Origin: a virus
Virus record (IMG/VR): IMGVR_UViG_3300042868_011620
Coordinates: 32,001 to 96,000 of that record
Direction: 5' to 3' (one strand)
Length of the DNA: 64,000 bases
Of this stretch, positions 48,958 through 57,205 are shown in pieces. The notes under the pieces are model-generated. The model saw only the letters and a list, made by a program, of their open reading frames with translations. It had not been told where the DNA came from and ran no database searches. Position 1 is the stretch's first letter. Each line of letters starts with the position of its first letter. The position numbers were made by a program, and so were the translations under genes.

Positions 48958-49499
48958 AAAGTATAAAAGTGCGACAAAATGTCCCAAAGTGTTGCAAAAT
49001 GCGAGAAAAAGTGCTCAAAAAGGCTCATCCTAACAAGAAATGGGTTAAAAAGAGTTTTAATTCGCAGACTTCTCCTTCTCCCCTTAATATATCACCTTTT
49101 CCTCACCTCCTCAACTCTTTTCTCTTCTCTCTTTCTCCTATATTATACTATAAGAAAGGATTGTTTCTTCTTATAAAAGAGAGGTTTTTGTTTTGTTCTT
49201 GTAGTAGGGGGTAGTTCTAAGGGAGAGGGGGATATTTTGGGGGGTTAAATTAGGGGAGAAAAGGGGTTGAGAAAGATAACGTGAGACGCCATAAAATCAT
49301 CCATAAAATTGAGCATTGAAGCAATAGTTTTAGAGGCGAATTTTTAGTATAAAAAAGAGTAGTTTTGAGGCTGAGAATTGCTCTCTAGTAATAATTGTAT
49401 AATAATCACTGTTTAAGCTCTAGGAATCTTTCTTGAGTACTTGCAAAAAGCTATTAATATAATTAAAAACAACTCTCTTGCCCCGAAAACTATTTGTAA

Positions 49500-49736
49500 T
49501 TACACTTTTGCTTCTTTTTCGCTATTAGTAATTTCAAAATCGTTGAAAATGTAGTCAAACAAGAATCCTTGATCTTTGTCCACCACCAAGCTAGTATTTT
49601 GAAAGCCTAATTGTTTTTCTATTAGCTCTTTGTACAGATGGTCTTGCATTTCGCTTAATTTGTAAATGATTTTTTTGCAATCATTGATTTGCATCATTTC
49701 TTCGTCAGAGTATTTGCGGTTACCAATTTGTTTCAT
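49500..49736 (-). CDS. hypothetical protein
   Basis: 78-aa ORF. Confidence 0.6.
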   Translation of the reverse strand: MKQIGNRKYSDEEMMQINDCKKIIYKLSEMQDHLYKELIEKQLGFQNTSLVVDKDQGFLFDYIFNDFEITNSEKEAKV

Positions 49737-49739
49737 AAG

Positions 49740-50231
49740 TTATTTATTTTTTTGTGGTTTAATGTAAAAGTTATACCCCTTACCATTGCAAGCTGAACAA
49801 CAAACTTCTGGATAGTCTTCTACTCCAGATCCATCGCAAATCGGACAGAAATTATTCATTTCCATTAGTTCCCGTTCATAAGCATCCAATTTTGATTGTT
49901 TAACTGCATCAGACAGGCACATAAAAACCTCTTCGCCGTCAACCAAAACTTCATCATAATGATCAGGCTCCCAACGTCCTCCATTGGACATTTTGATAGT
50001 AGATCGAATCCAAACTTGTTTATTAGTAGTCTTACTCAAGATGCCACGAACAGGAACTTCCATCATGACGGAATAATAGAAAAATTCCCTATCTGTATAA
50101 ACGCCTTCTTTTAATTTTAAATTCCAGTCAGAAACCTGCTGGGCGAGATTCAAGTCTGCGTCTGTAGCAGCAAGAAACTCTTCTAATTCGCAAGATAATT
50201 GGGGCGTGTCAATGGTTTTGATTTTGATCAT
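49740..50231 (-). CDS. hypothetical protein with DnaJ-type zinc finger
   Basis: CPICDGSG...CSACNGKG. Confidence 0.7.
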   Translation of the reverse strand: MIKIKTIDTPQLSCELEEFLAATDADLNLAQQVSDWNLKLKEGVYTDREFFYYSVMMEVPVRGILSKTTNKQVWIRSTIKMSNGGRWEPDHYDEVLVDGEEVFMCLSDAVKQSKLDAYERELMEMNNFCPICDGSGVEDYPEVCCSACNGKGYNFYIKPQKNK

Positions 50232-50382
50232 GACTTAGATTACTGCAATTTGCGCGAGAATCAAGGGATTTTTTCTATTTTTTAAAAAACTAAATATTAA
50301 TCTTCTGCTATTTGATCATCTAGTTCATCATCACTATCAGTTTCATACACTTCATCTGTGTCATCTTCGATTTCGTAAGTTA

Positions 50383-50583
50383 TCAATTTGTTTTTCTAGA
50401 ATTCCAAGAGTCAAGTGCAGCTTGAAGATTGTGATGCCAAGGACCATTGCAAGCGCATTCTTCACACTCTACTCTGTATCCTCCTGGATAAGTGTGAAGC
50501 GAGATGGCTGGAGTTTCCTCGTCATTGATTTTGTCTTGATCAGTTATCCCGCAGAATGGACAGTGTTGTAATTTTTGACTCAT
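50383..50583 (-). CDS. Lar-like (restriction alleviation) zinc-finger protein
   Basis: LQHCPFCG...VECEEC..NGP...A...WNSR. Confidence 0.65.
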   Translation of the reverse strand: MSQKLQHCPFCGITDQDKINDEETPAISLHTYPGGYRVECEECACNGPWHHNLQAALDSWNSRKTN

Positions 50584-50586
50584 AAA

Positions 50587-50787
50587 TTATTCATTTTGTT
50601 TAAAGTAATCTATTGTAACATCCTCTACAAAATCGGCTACAGAATAATATACAGAATTCCTTACAGAATCATCTACAGAATCCACTACAAAACTCCATGC
50701 AGAATTCCATCCAGAAAATTTTATACAAGTATGTATACTATTTCTTAAAGAATCCCTTAAATCGTCGATGGCAGTATCATGTATCAT
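50587..50787 (-). CDS. array microprotein
   Basis: SVxxSV repeats, ends DYFKQNE. Confidence 0.75.
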   Translation of the reverse strand: MIHDTAIDDLRDSLRNSIHTCIKFSGWNSAWSFVVDSVDDSVRNSVYYSVADFVEDVTIDYFKQNE

Positions 50788-50969
50788 TTTGTTTTAAAGT
50801 AATCTTTTACAGAACTCCTTACAACATCCCATACAGAATACCTTACAGAATCCAATATAGAATCCGATACAGAAGCCTGTACGGAACATCTCACAGGCCA
50901 ATTTACAGAATAATATAAAGAATTCCTTACAGAACTCAATACGGCTTTATTAATGCTGGAGTTAATCAT
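50784..50969 (-). CDS. array microprotein
   Basis: Ends DYFKTK. Confidence 0.75.
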   Translation of the reverse strand: MINSSINKAVLSSVRNSLYYSVNWPVRCSVQASVSDSILDSVRYSVWDVVRSSVKDYFKTK

Positions 50970-50973
50970 TGCT

Positions 50974-51252
50974 TTATTTTATCAGAGTTCGCAATCTATG
51001 CAACAAGTATTTTATTGGTGAAATTGGTTTTGGTTCTTCGATTGCTGGACGAGCTAAGGCATAGCCGCCAATGCGTATCAGCAATAGCATATCATTGTGG
51101 TATTCCGCTGGAATGCCCGTAAAATCAAATGTTGCAGTTACTCCATAACCATGTGCGGTCACATAGTTTTTTATTTTTAGAATTGGCGGGATGTCCACAG
51201 TGAATGATGGATTAGAGTCGTATATCGATATGTTTTCGGCAGTTTCAGTCAT
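50974..51252 (-). CDS. unrelated hypothetical protein inserted in the array
   Basis: 92 aa, no SVxxSV or DYFK motif. Confidence 0.65.
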   Translation of the reverse strand: MTETAENISIYDSNPSFTVDIPPILKIKNYVTAHGYGVTATFDFTGIPAEYHNDMLLLIRIGGYALARPAIEEPKPISPIKYLLHRLRTLIK

Positions 51253-51437
51253 AATTTTTGTTTAAAGTAATCATTTACAGAAGCTTTTACAGAATCCGAT
51301 ACAGAATTCTTTACAGAATTCTTTACAGAATTATATACAAAAATCCTTACGGTCTCCCTCGCAGCTTTCATTACAGAATGCCATACAGCTTTCCTTACAG
51401 AATCCCATACAGCTTGACTAACGATAGAATCATTCAT
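51249..51437 (-). CDS. array microprotein
   Basis: Ends DYFKQKL. Confidence 0.75.
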   Translation of the reverse strand: MNDSIVSQAVWDSVRKAVWHSVMKAARETVRIFVYNSVKNSVKNSVSDSVKASVNDYFKQKL

Positions 51438-51645
51438 TTTGTTTAAAGTAATCTCTTATAGAGTCTCTTACAGTAGCTTTTATAAAATCGTTTACAGCGC
51501 TCTCTACAGAACGTACTACAGAATTATATACAGGACACCGTACAAACCCCTCTATATAATGCCATGCAGAGTCCCTTGCAGAATTTTCTACAGAATCCAT
51601 TACAGACTCCAATGTATTTTCATAAACGATAGAATAATTCATCAC
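51430..51645 (-). CDS. array microprotein
   Basis: Ends DYFKQNE. Confidence 0.75.
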   Translation of the reverse strand: MMNYSIVYENTLESVMDSVENSARDSAWHYIEGFVRCPVYNSVVRSVESAVNDFIKATVRDSIRDYFKQNE

Positions 51646-51710
51646 TTTATTTTATCAGAGTTCGTTTGAAGTAATTTTTTATCATTTTTAATTACTGAGT
51701 AGGATTGTAT

Positions 51711-51965
51711 CTATAGTAGCTCAAGGTCTTGTGTTGTCAAGGAGTTTTGTTCAAAGTAATCTCTTGCAGAACCCCACACATCATGCCTTAGAGAGGTCTC
51801 TACATCTTCCTCTATACAATCCCATCCAAAGTCCCATACAGATCTGTCTATGATCCTTGCAGAACGTACTATAGAATTATATACAGATTCTCCTATAGCA
51901 TCATAGGCAAATTTCCATACGTAATCATCGATATTAAAATTTTTAGTGTTGTTTTTATTATTCAT
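51711..51965 (-). CDS. array microprotein
   Basis: DYFEQN plus extension. Confidence 0.75.
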   Translation of the reverse strand: MNNKNNTKNFNIDDYVWKFAYDAIGESVYNSIVRSARIIDRSVWDFGWDCIEEDVETSLRHDVWGSARDYFEQNSLTTQDLELL

Positions 51966-52149
51966 TTTGTTTAAAGTGATCTACTACAAAATCATATACA
52001 GAATCTTTTATATTAGTCCAAACAGGATCTCCTACAGCACTCCTTGCATGAATCCTCGCAGGCAGCTGTATATTCTCTTTTATACAATTCCACACAGAAG
52101 CTTCTACATGATCATTCTTTATAGAGCACCAATATCTTATACTATTCAT
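51958..52149 (-). CDS. array microprotein
   Basis: Ends DHFKQNE. Confidence 0.75.
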   Translation of the reverse strand: MNSIRYWCSIKNDHVEASVWNCIKENIQLPARIHARSAVGDPVWTNIKDSVYDFVVDHFKQNE

Positions 52150-52375
52150 TTTTTAAGCGTTTTTGTTTGAAGTACTCTACTGTAGTGTCTCTTACAGAAC
52201 TCTCTACAGACCTTCCTATAGTTCGCCATACAGAATGCTCTACAGGATGCTCTACAGAATAGCTGACAGCATCCGCTATAGCATCCTCTACATAATCCTT
52301 TATCCCATCGTTTACAGAATTTCCTACAGAATGATATATAGAATACCACACGGCAATGCTTGTATTATTATTCAT
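52142..52375 (-). CDS. array microprotein
   Basis: EYFKQK. Confidence 0.75.
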   Translation of the reverse strand: MNNNTSIAVWYSIYHSVGNSVNDGIKDYVEDAIADAVSYSVEHPVEHSVWRTIGRSVESSVRDTTVEYFKQKRLKNE

Positions 52376-52556
52376 TTTGTTTAAAGTAATCTATTGTAGA
52401 ATCTATCACATAAATCTCTACCCAATTTACGACAGAAAACTTTGTAATATTCCATGCAGAAAGTACTATAGGGCCTCTTACAGAACTCCATATAGAACAC
52501 CATGCAGAATCTTCTACAGAAATCCACGCAGCTTTATAAACAGAGAAGTTATTCAT
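52368..52556 (-). CDS. array microprotein
   Basis: MNNFSV start, ends DYFKQNE. Confidence 0.72.
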   Translation of the reverse strand: MNNFSVYKAAWISVEDSAWCSIWSSVRGPIVLSAWNITKFSVVNWVEIYVIDSTIDYFKQNE

Positions 52557-52563
52557 TGCTTTA

Positions 52564-52779
52564 TTAATTTTCAAAGTAATCTCTTGCAGTACCGCTTGCA
52601 GCATCCCTTATTGAAACCTTTACGGAATTACCAATAACAATCCATATAGACTCATGTACAGAAACTCTTGCAGGATTTGTTACAAAATCGAATACAGACC
52701 TCCATACTAATCTTCTTACAGAATATGTAATGCTATAACCTATATCATCTTTTATAATATGCATTACTTTATTGTTCAT
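52564..52779 (-). CDS. array microprotein
   Basis: MNNKVM start, ends DYFEN. Confidence 0.72.
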   Translation of the reverse strand: MNNKVMHIIKDDIGYSITYSVRRLVWRSVFDFVTNPARVSVHESIWIVIGNSVKVSIRDAASGTARDYFEN

Positions 52780-52990
52780 TTTGTTTGAAGTAATCTCTCG
52801 TAGCATTTGCTATATCAAACCATACAGAAGCTCTTGCTTTAAAATCTCTTCCAGTAGTAAATCTTACAGTATAACTAGTAGAATTAAACAAAGAGTCCCA
52901 CATAGAAGCTCTAAAACTATTCCATATCGAAATTTCTACAGAATCCTGTACTTTTTTAGTGATAAAAAAATCATTCATTGGTTTATCCAA
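52769..52990 (-). CDS. array microprotein
   Basis: Ends DYFKQNEQ. Confidence 0.75.
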   Translation of the reverse strand: MDKPMNDFFITKKVQDSVEISIWNSFRASMWDSLFNSTSYTVRFTTGRDFKARASVWFDIANATRDYFKQNEQ

Positions 52991-53205
52991 TTTTGATTGA
53001 AGTAATTAATTGTACAGTTTGCTATAGGAATCTCTATAGACGGTTTTACCGTGTCCCACACAGCGTTCCTGATGTATTGACCAGCACCATTCCATACTCC
53101 ATCTCCTACAGATTCTTCTATAGTATCCACTATAGGATATGCCAAGGAATCAGATATTAATTTTGACGGACAATATCTCACATTCTCTCTTATAGTTTTA
53201 TTCAT
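52975..53205 (-). CDS. array microprotein
   Basis: NYFNQN. Confidence 0.75.
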   Translation of the reverse strand: MNKTIRENVRYCPSKLISDSLAYPIVDTIEESVGDGVWNGAGQYIRNAVWDTVKPSIEIPIANCTINYFNQNWINQ

Positions 53206-53395
53206 TTTTAAAGTAATCTTTAGTAGCCTCTCTTGTAAAATCCTGCATAAGAGAACCTATAGGGTCTTCCGAACCGTGTCCAATAGGATAAATTACAGTG
53301 AGCAACACACATACATGTACAACCTCTTCTACAGCGTGCCACACTTTAACTCTTAAACTTCGTTCTACAGTTTCGCTAATGGTAGAATCATTCAT
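53198..53395 (-). CDS. array microprotein
   Basis: Ends DYFKNE. Confidence 0.75.
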   Translation of the reverse strand: MNDSTISETVERSLRVKVWHAVEEVVHVCVLLTVIYPIGHGSEDPIGSLMQDFTREATKDYFKNE

Positions 53396-53600
53396 TTTGT
53401 TTAAAGCAATCTCTTGCAGAGTCTCTTACAGCCTTAAATACAGAATTAATTATTACGCTTCTTGTGCAATTATATACAGGCTTGTTTACAGAAACTCCTA
53501 CAGCCCTCCATATAGGATTTTGTATAGAACTTCTTATAGAACTCTCTACAGGAACTCTACAGAGATCATTCACAGCTTTATAAATAGTAGAATGATTCAT
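53388..53600 (-). CDS. array microprotein
   Basis: Ends DCFKQNE. Confidence 0.75.
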   Translation of the reverse strand: MNHSTIYKAVNDLCRVPVESSIRSSIQNPIWRAVGVSVNKPVYNCTRSVIINSVFKAVRDSARDCFKQNE

Positions 53601-53800
53601 TGTTTAAAGTAATTTTTTGCAGAACGATGTATAAAAATTGTAAAATGCTCTGTACAATTCTGCGTAAAACTACGCCACGCTGATTGTACAGCATCATTTC
53701 GCACAGAAGTAAACAAACAATGTCTCAGTGGTTTCCATATGTCGCTAATTACAGCTTGCTGCACAGAATCTCTTACAGAGGCTTTGATATTAGTATTCAT
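53597..53800 (-). CDS. array microprotein
   Basis: MNTNIK start, ends NYFKQ. Confidence 0.72.
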   Translation of the reverse strand: MNTNIKASVRDSVQQAVISDIWKPLRHCLFTSVRNDAVQSAWRSFTQNCTEHFTIFIHRSAKNYFKQ

Positions 53801-54002
53801 TTTTAAAGTAATCACTGGCGGCATCCTCCACTGCAAAACCGATTGAACTCCATGAAACATACCTCATGGATTCTCTCACCACAGCTCTAACATCTCCCCA
53901 TACTTGATTCCATATAGAATATGTTATAAAATTTCTTGCAACCTCGCCCGTGCATTCTCGCACATTTTTTTGAACAGCTTGGTTAATAGTGGATTTGTTC
54001 AT
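53790..54002 (-). CDS. array microprotein
   Basis: Ends DYFKNEY. Confidence 0.75.
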   Translation of the reverse strand: MNKSTINQAVQKNVRECTGEVARNFITYSIWNQVWGDVRAVVRESMRYVSWSSIGFAVEDAASDYFKNEY

Positions 54003-54223
54003 TTTTGTTTAAAGTAATCTAGCGCAGCATCATCTATATCAGACCATACATCATCTATTACTAAACTCCTTACACGATCTATTGTCCAATCTCTTAGATT
54101 GCCCCGCACAGAAGTTCTAATGTATCTCCATGTAGGTTGTCTTAGTTCCCCTAGCTTATATCCAGAATTTAATATTGAATTTGCAACATAAATAGTTTTA
54201 GGTTCACTTATTCTATTATTCAT
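53999..54223 (-). CDS. array microprotein
   Basis: Ends DYFKQK. Confidence 0.75.
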   Translation of the reverse strand: MNNRISEPKTIYVANSILNSGYKLGELRQPTWRYIRTSVRGNLRDWTIDRVRSLVIDDVWSDIDDAALDYFKQK

Positions 54224-54441
54224 TTTTGTTTAAAGTAATTAAAAAGAGAATCCTCTATAAAATTCTCTATCTCCATTAGCGTAACAACTGTGGGAGAGGC
54301 CACTATAAGTACTCTACAAGATTCTGCAACAGAATTCTTTACAAAACGATGAACAATATCCTCTATGGAACCCCACATTAAACTTCCCGCAGCAATTCTT
54401 GTGGAGTATTTAATGCTGCCTGATGATATTTTATTTTTCAT
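54220..54441 (-). CDS. array microprotein
   Basis: Ends NYFKQK. Confidence 0.75.
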   Translation of the reverse strand: MKNKISSGSIKYSTRIAAGSLMWGSIEDIVHRFVKNSVAESCRVLIVASPTVVTLMEIENFIEDSLFNYFKQK

Positions 54442-54649
54442 TTTTAAAAAAATCTTCTACAGAGTATTCTATCGAAAGATTTGCATAAGTTCCTATAGTA
54501 GTCCATACAGGGAACCTTACAGAATTCCATACAGATTCTCTTAGAGTAAAATGTGTACACTCTACTACAGAGCTATATACAGCATAACCTACGCGCCTTG
54601 TAACTATACCAGCAGTAGAGTGCTGCGTTGCAATAATAATATCACTCAT
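54431..54649 (-). CDS. array microprotein
   Basis: Ends DFFKNEK. Confidence 0.75.
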   Translation of the reverse strand: MSDIIIATQHSTAGIVTRRVGYAVYSSVVECTHFTLRESVWNSVRFPVWTTIGTYANLSIEYSVEDFFKNEK

Positions 54650-54906
54650 TTTTTTGTTTTAAAATAATTAATTGATGCGCTCTCTATAATTGTTTGAATG
54701 GGGCGATTCAAGCCATCATCTATTAAACCACGAACTGATGAATGCCACACATTATACTTAACAGAATCGTGAACAATGTCCTCTACGGGACGCAATGTAC
54801 AACGATGAACACAAAAGTAAACAGAAAAATAAACACAATTCCAAACAGATTTTCTAGTCGATTTATTAGTGGGAACGTTTAGGGATTTTAATGATTTTTT
54901 ATTCAT
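54646..54906 (-). CDS. array microprotein
   Basis: Ends NYFKTKK. Confidence 0.75.
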   Translation of the reverse strand: MNKKSLKSLNVPTNKSTRKSVWNCVYFSVYFCVHRCTLRPVEDIVHDSVKYNVWHSSVRGLIDDGLNRPIQTIIESASINYFKTKK

Positions 54907-55130
54907 TGTTTAAAATAATTATGAATTTCCTCGCTTACACAATTACTTGTGGAATCTCTTACAGAGCGCCCTATAGAATAAAAAACATTAATCCTTAAAA
55001 AATCCCTCATAAAACTTGATGAAACTTCCAATACCAGTTCATCCACAGTCTTCTCTACATTATCCCATACAGCATAATATGCTGAATCTACTGCGCGAAT
55101 CACTACATCTTCATCGGTTTTATCGTTCAT
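54903..55130 (-). CDS. array microprotein
   Basis: Ends NYFKQ. Confidence 0.75.
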   Translation of the reverse strand: MNDKTDEDVVIRAVDSAYYAVWDNVEKTVDELVLEVSSSFMRDFLRINVFYSIGRSVRDSTSNCVSEEIHNYFKQ

Positions 55131-55362
55131 TTTGTTTAAAGTAATCTTTTACATGAGGATTGATGGGAAGCTCTATAGAACTCCATACAGAATCCCAATA
55201 AGATTTTCTTTCGGAAATTCTTATAGAATCGAGTATAGATTCCCTTAGAGAGTAACCCGCAGAGTTGCATACAGAATGGTAAACAACTCTTTGAGCAGAA
55301 TTCCACATAGCGTGCTCTACACAATCCCACACAATTCCAGCAATAGCAGAGTCGTCTTTCAT
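55120..55362 (-). CDS. array microprotein
   Basis: Ends DYFKQNER. Confidence 0.75.
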   Translation of the reverse strand: MKDDSAIAGIVWDCVEHAMWNSAQRVVYHSVCNSAGYSLRESILDSIRISERKSYWDSVWSSIELPINPHVKDYFKQNER

Positions 55363-55556
55363 TTTGTTTTAAAGTAATCCTCTACAGATCGCTATACAGG
55401 AATATATACAGAAATATTTACAGAAATCTTTACAGAACCTAATATAGAACCTAATACAGAACCCCTTACAGAACTCCATATCGAATCCCATACAGGACTC
55501 CTTAAAGAATCAAATACAGACTTCGTCACATATTCATAAAGGGTAGAGTCATTCAT
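55359..55556 (-). pseudogene. array unit with in-frame TAG
   Basis: MNDSTLYEYV...IPV*RSVEDYFKTK; TAG at 55392-55394. Confidence 0.75.
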
Positions 55557-55755
55557 TTTGTTTAAAGTAATCGTAAGAGGCTTGACTAATGCAATTTTTT
55601 ATAATTTGTTCTGAATGCCAAGTGCTGTCCCATACTGGATGCCATACAGAAGTTGATACTCTATTAACAACACATTTCCATACAGGATTATCTACTGATT
55701 TTGTCATAGACATTTGTATAGAAAAAGTAGTCGTGTCACTTAATTTATCAATCAT
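55549..55755 (-). CDS. array microprotein
   Basis: Ends DYFKQNE. Confidence 0.75.
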   Translation of the reverse strand: MIDKLSDTTTFSIQMSMTKSVDNPVWKCVVNRVSTSVWHPVWDSTWHSEQIIKNCISQASYDYFKQNE

Positions 55756-55945
55756 TTTGTTTAAAGTAATCTTGTGTACACTGCATCGCAGTATTTCGCG
55801 CAGAATGAATCGTGCGATTCTGTATGTAATGCCCGACAGTATTCCATAGATGAATCTTTATAGAACGCCAAACAATTCTTTGAACAGGATTTTGCGAAGA
55901 ACCCCATAAAATATTTCGTGTAGTTTTGTTTATTTCGTCAGTCAT
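55748..55945 (-). CDS. array microprotein
   Basis: MTDEIN start, ends DYFKQND. Confidence 0.72.
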   Translation of the reverse strand: MTDEINKTTRNILWGSSQNPVQRIVWRSIKIHLWNTVGHYIQNRTIHSARNTAMQCTQDYFKQND

Positions 55946-56396
55946 TTTTAAAGTAATCAATTACAGAATCATTTACAGGCCGCTTTATACGAGTCTGCAC
56001 ATAAAACACCACAGGATTTTCTACACCGTTCCATACTTCAAACCTTACAGAAAAATCCATAGAATCCCAGAAAGAATAATCTATCAATGTCTTTAGACAA
56101 TCCACTGTCTTTATAGAATCCACCGTTGACTGGTTCATTCCATATTTTATTTTATTTGTTTTTATTTTATTTGTTTCAAAGTAATCTTCTATAGAAGCTT
56201 TTATAGGTATCCATGGTATACCTCTTATATCGTAAAGAGAACAAATGGACCCATACGCAGGATCTCCCACTGCATCTTCATTTTCCACATATTCTGTTAT
56301 AATATCCTCGACAGAGTTCCATACGCAATCTCTTGCGAAAGCACATGAATAGTTTTCGATAGAAAATTCTATAAGTTTATTTAATTTATCGTTCAT
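55938..56396 (-). CDS. fusion of two array units
   Basis: Internal DYFETNK...MNQST and terminal DYFKND. Confidence 0.72.
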   Translation of the reverse strand: MNDKLNKLIEFSIENYSCAFARDCVWNSVEDIITEYVENEDAVGDPAYGSICSLYDIRGIPWIPIKASIEDYFETNKIKTNKIKYGMNQSTVDSIKTVDCLKTLIDYSFWDSMDFSVRFEVWNGVENPVVFYVQTRIKRPVNDSVIDYFKND

Positions 56397-56604
56397 TTTT
56401 TTGTTCAAAGTAATCAACAACAGCATCTCCCGCACTATACAACACTTTAAGACTTGCGGATTCTCCTGCGTAAAAATCCCATACAAAATTTCTCGCAGAA
56501 TATGCTACAGACTGAGTGATGGCTTTCCAAGCGGGATAATCTCTACCAGCATCTGTTACTGAATACCAAACGTCACGGTCTACGTATTTATTAATTGTAT
56601 TCAT
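56386..56604 (-). CDS. array microprotein
   Basis: Ends DYFEQKNER. Confidence 0.75.
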   Translation of the reverse strand: MNTINKYVDRDVWYSVTDAGRDYPAWKAITQSVAYSARNFVWDFYAGESASLKVLYSAGDAVVDYFEQKNER

Positions 56605-56783
56605 TTTTGTTTGAAGTAGTCAACGACAGAAGCTTGTACAGGATTACTCACAGTGCGACTGATGGATATGGAAATATCATCCCATGTAGCATAATCTACA
56701 TACTTCCATATGATATAACCTACATTCTTCCAAACAGTAAACTTCGCAGAATTTAAAATTTTTCTCACATCGCCGATATTCAT
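56601..56783 (-). CDS. array microprotein (first unit)
   Basis: Ends DYFKQK. Confidence 0.75.
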   Translation of the reverse strand: MNIGDVRKILNSAKFTVWKNVGYIIWKYVDYATWDDISISISRTVSNPVQASVVDYFKQK

Positions 56784-56793
56784 TTTATATAAT

Positions 56794-56831
56794 AAAAAAG
56801 GCCCCCTGAAGTTTGATGTCTTCAGAGGGCC
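56794..56831 (-). terminator. intrinsic terminator between the DUF6745-like operon and the array
   Basis: GGCCCTCTGAAG...CTTCAGGGGGCC-TTTTTT. Confidence 0.8.
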
Positions 56832-56844
56832 ACTGTTTTAGCGA

Positions 56845-57183
56845 TTAATCTGCCACGTTGCGTTTGGCTTGAGCAATGTAATCGTATTCTTGTTGAATGC
56901 CAATTACATAAGTGCCAGGCACAATGTCAATGGTAGTGTGACGCTCCGACATGACGCAGCTAATGTCAGTTGCTACAGTGCTGTTCATGTAGCGCTTGCC
57001 AGTCTTCTTAGAGTTCCAGAAGGTGACTCCAGGCTTATTAGCAATAACGTGATGGTTGCCAGTAACTTCGCTGTTGGCGACAATCACTACTTTACTAGTG
57101 TGATTCTCAGCAATAGCGTCATCAGGCAAGCCTGCGCACTGAGCCACAATGCATTCGCCGTGAAGGATGATTTTCTTTTTCAT
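56845..57183 (-). CDS. His-motif beta protein typically paired with DUF6745 genes
   Basis: HGE, SEVTGNHH, RH..I...PGTY....QQEYD....RNVAD; pairing recalled, not searched. Confidence 0.7.
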   Translation of the reverse strand: MKKKIILHGECIVAQCAGLPDDAIAENHTSKVVIVANSEVTGNHHVIANKPGVTFWNSKKTGKRYMNSTVATDISCVMSERHTTIDIVPGTYVIGIQQEYDYIAQAKRNVAD

Positions 57184-57205
57184 ATGTTTATTTATTGTTT
57201 AATTA

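Larger units (their letters stand above)
50587..56783 (-). repeat. tandem array of about 28 paralogous microprotein units
   Basis: About 200-230 bp period; junction consensus GATTACTTTAAACAAAATGAAT (minus strand) encoding DYFKQ, the stop and the next ATG. Confidence 0.92.

Noticed and set aside
50697-53612. Plus-strand YRI-repeat ORFs
   Set aside because: Antisense shadows of the TCTGTA repeats
55392-55394. Genome-wide TAG recoding
   Set aside because: TAG is a normal stop elsewhere (14241, 19948, 37116), long genes are intact in code 11, and no suppressor tRNA is seen
50587-56783. CRISPR array
   Set aside because: Repeats are degenerate, the ~200-nt spacers are mutually homologous open reading frames, and no cas genes are present
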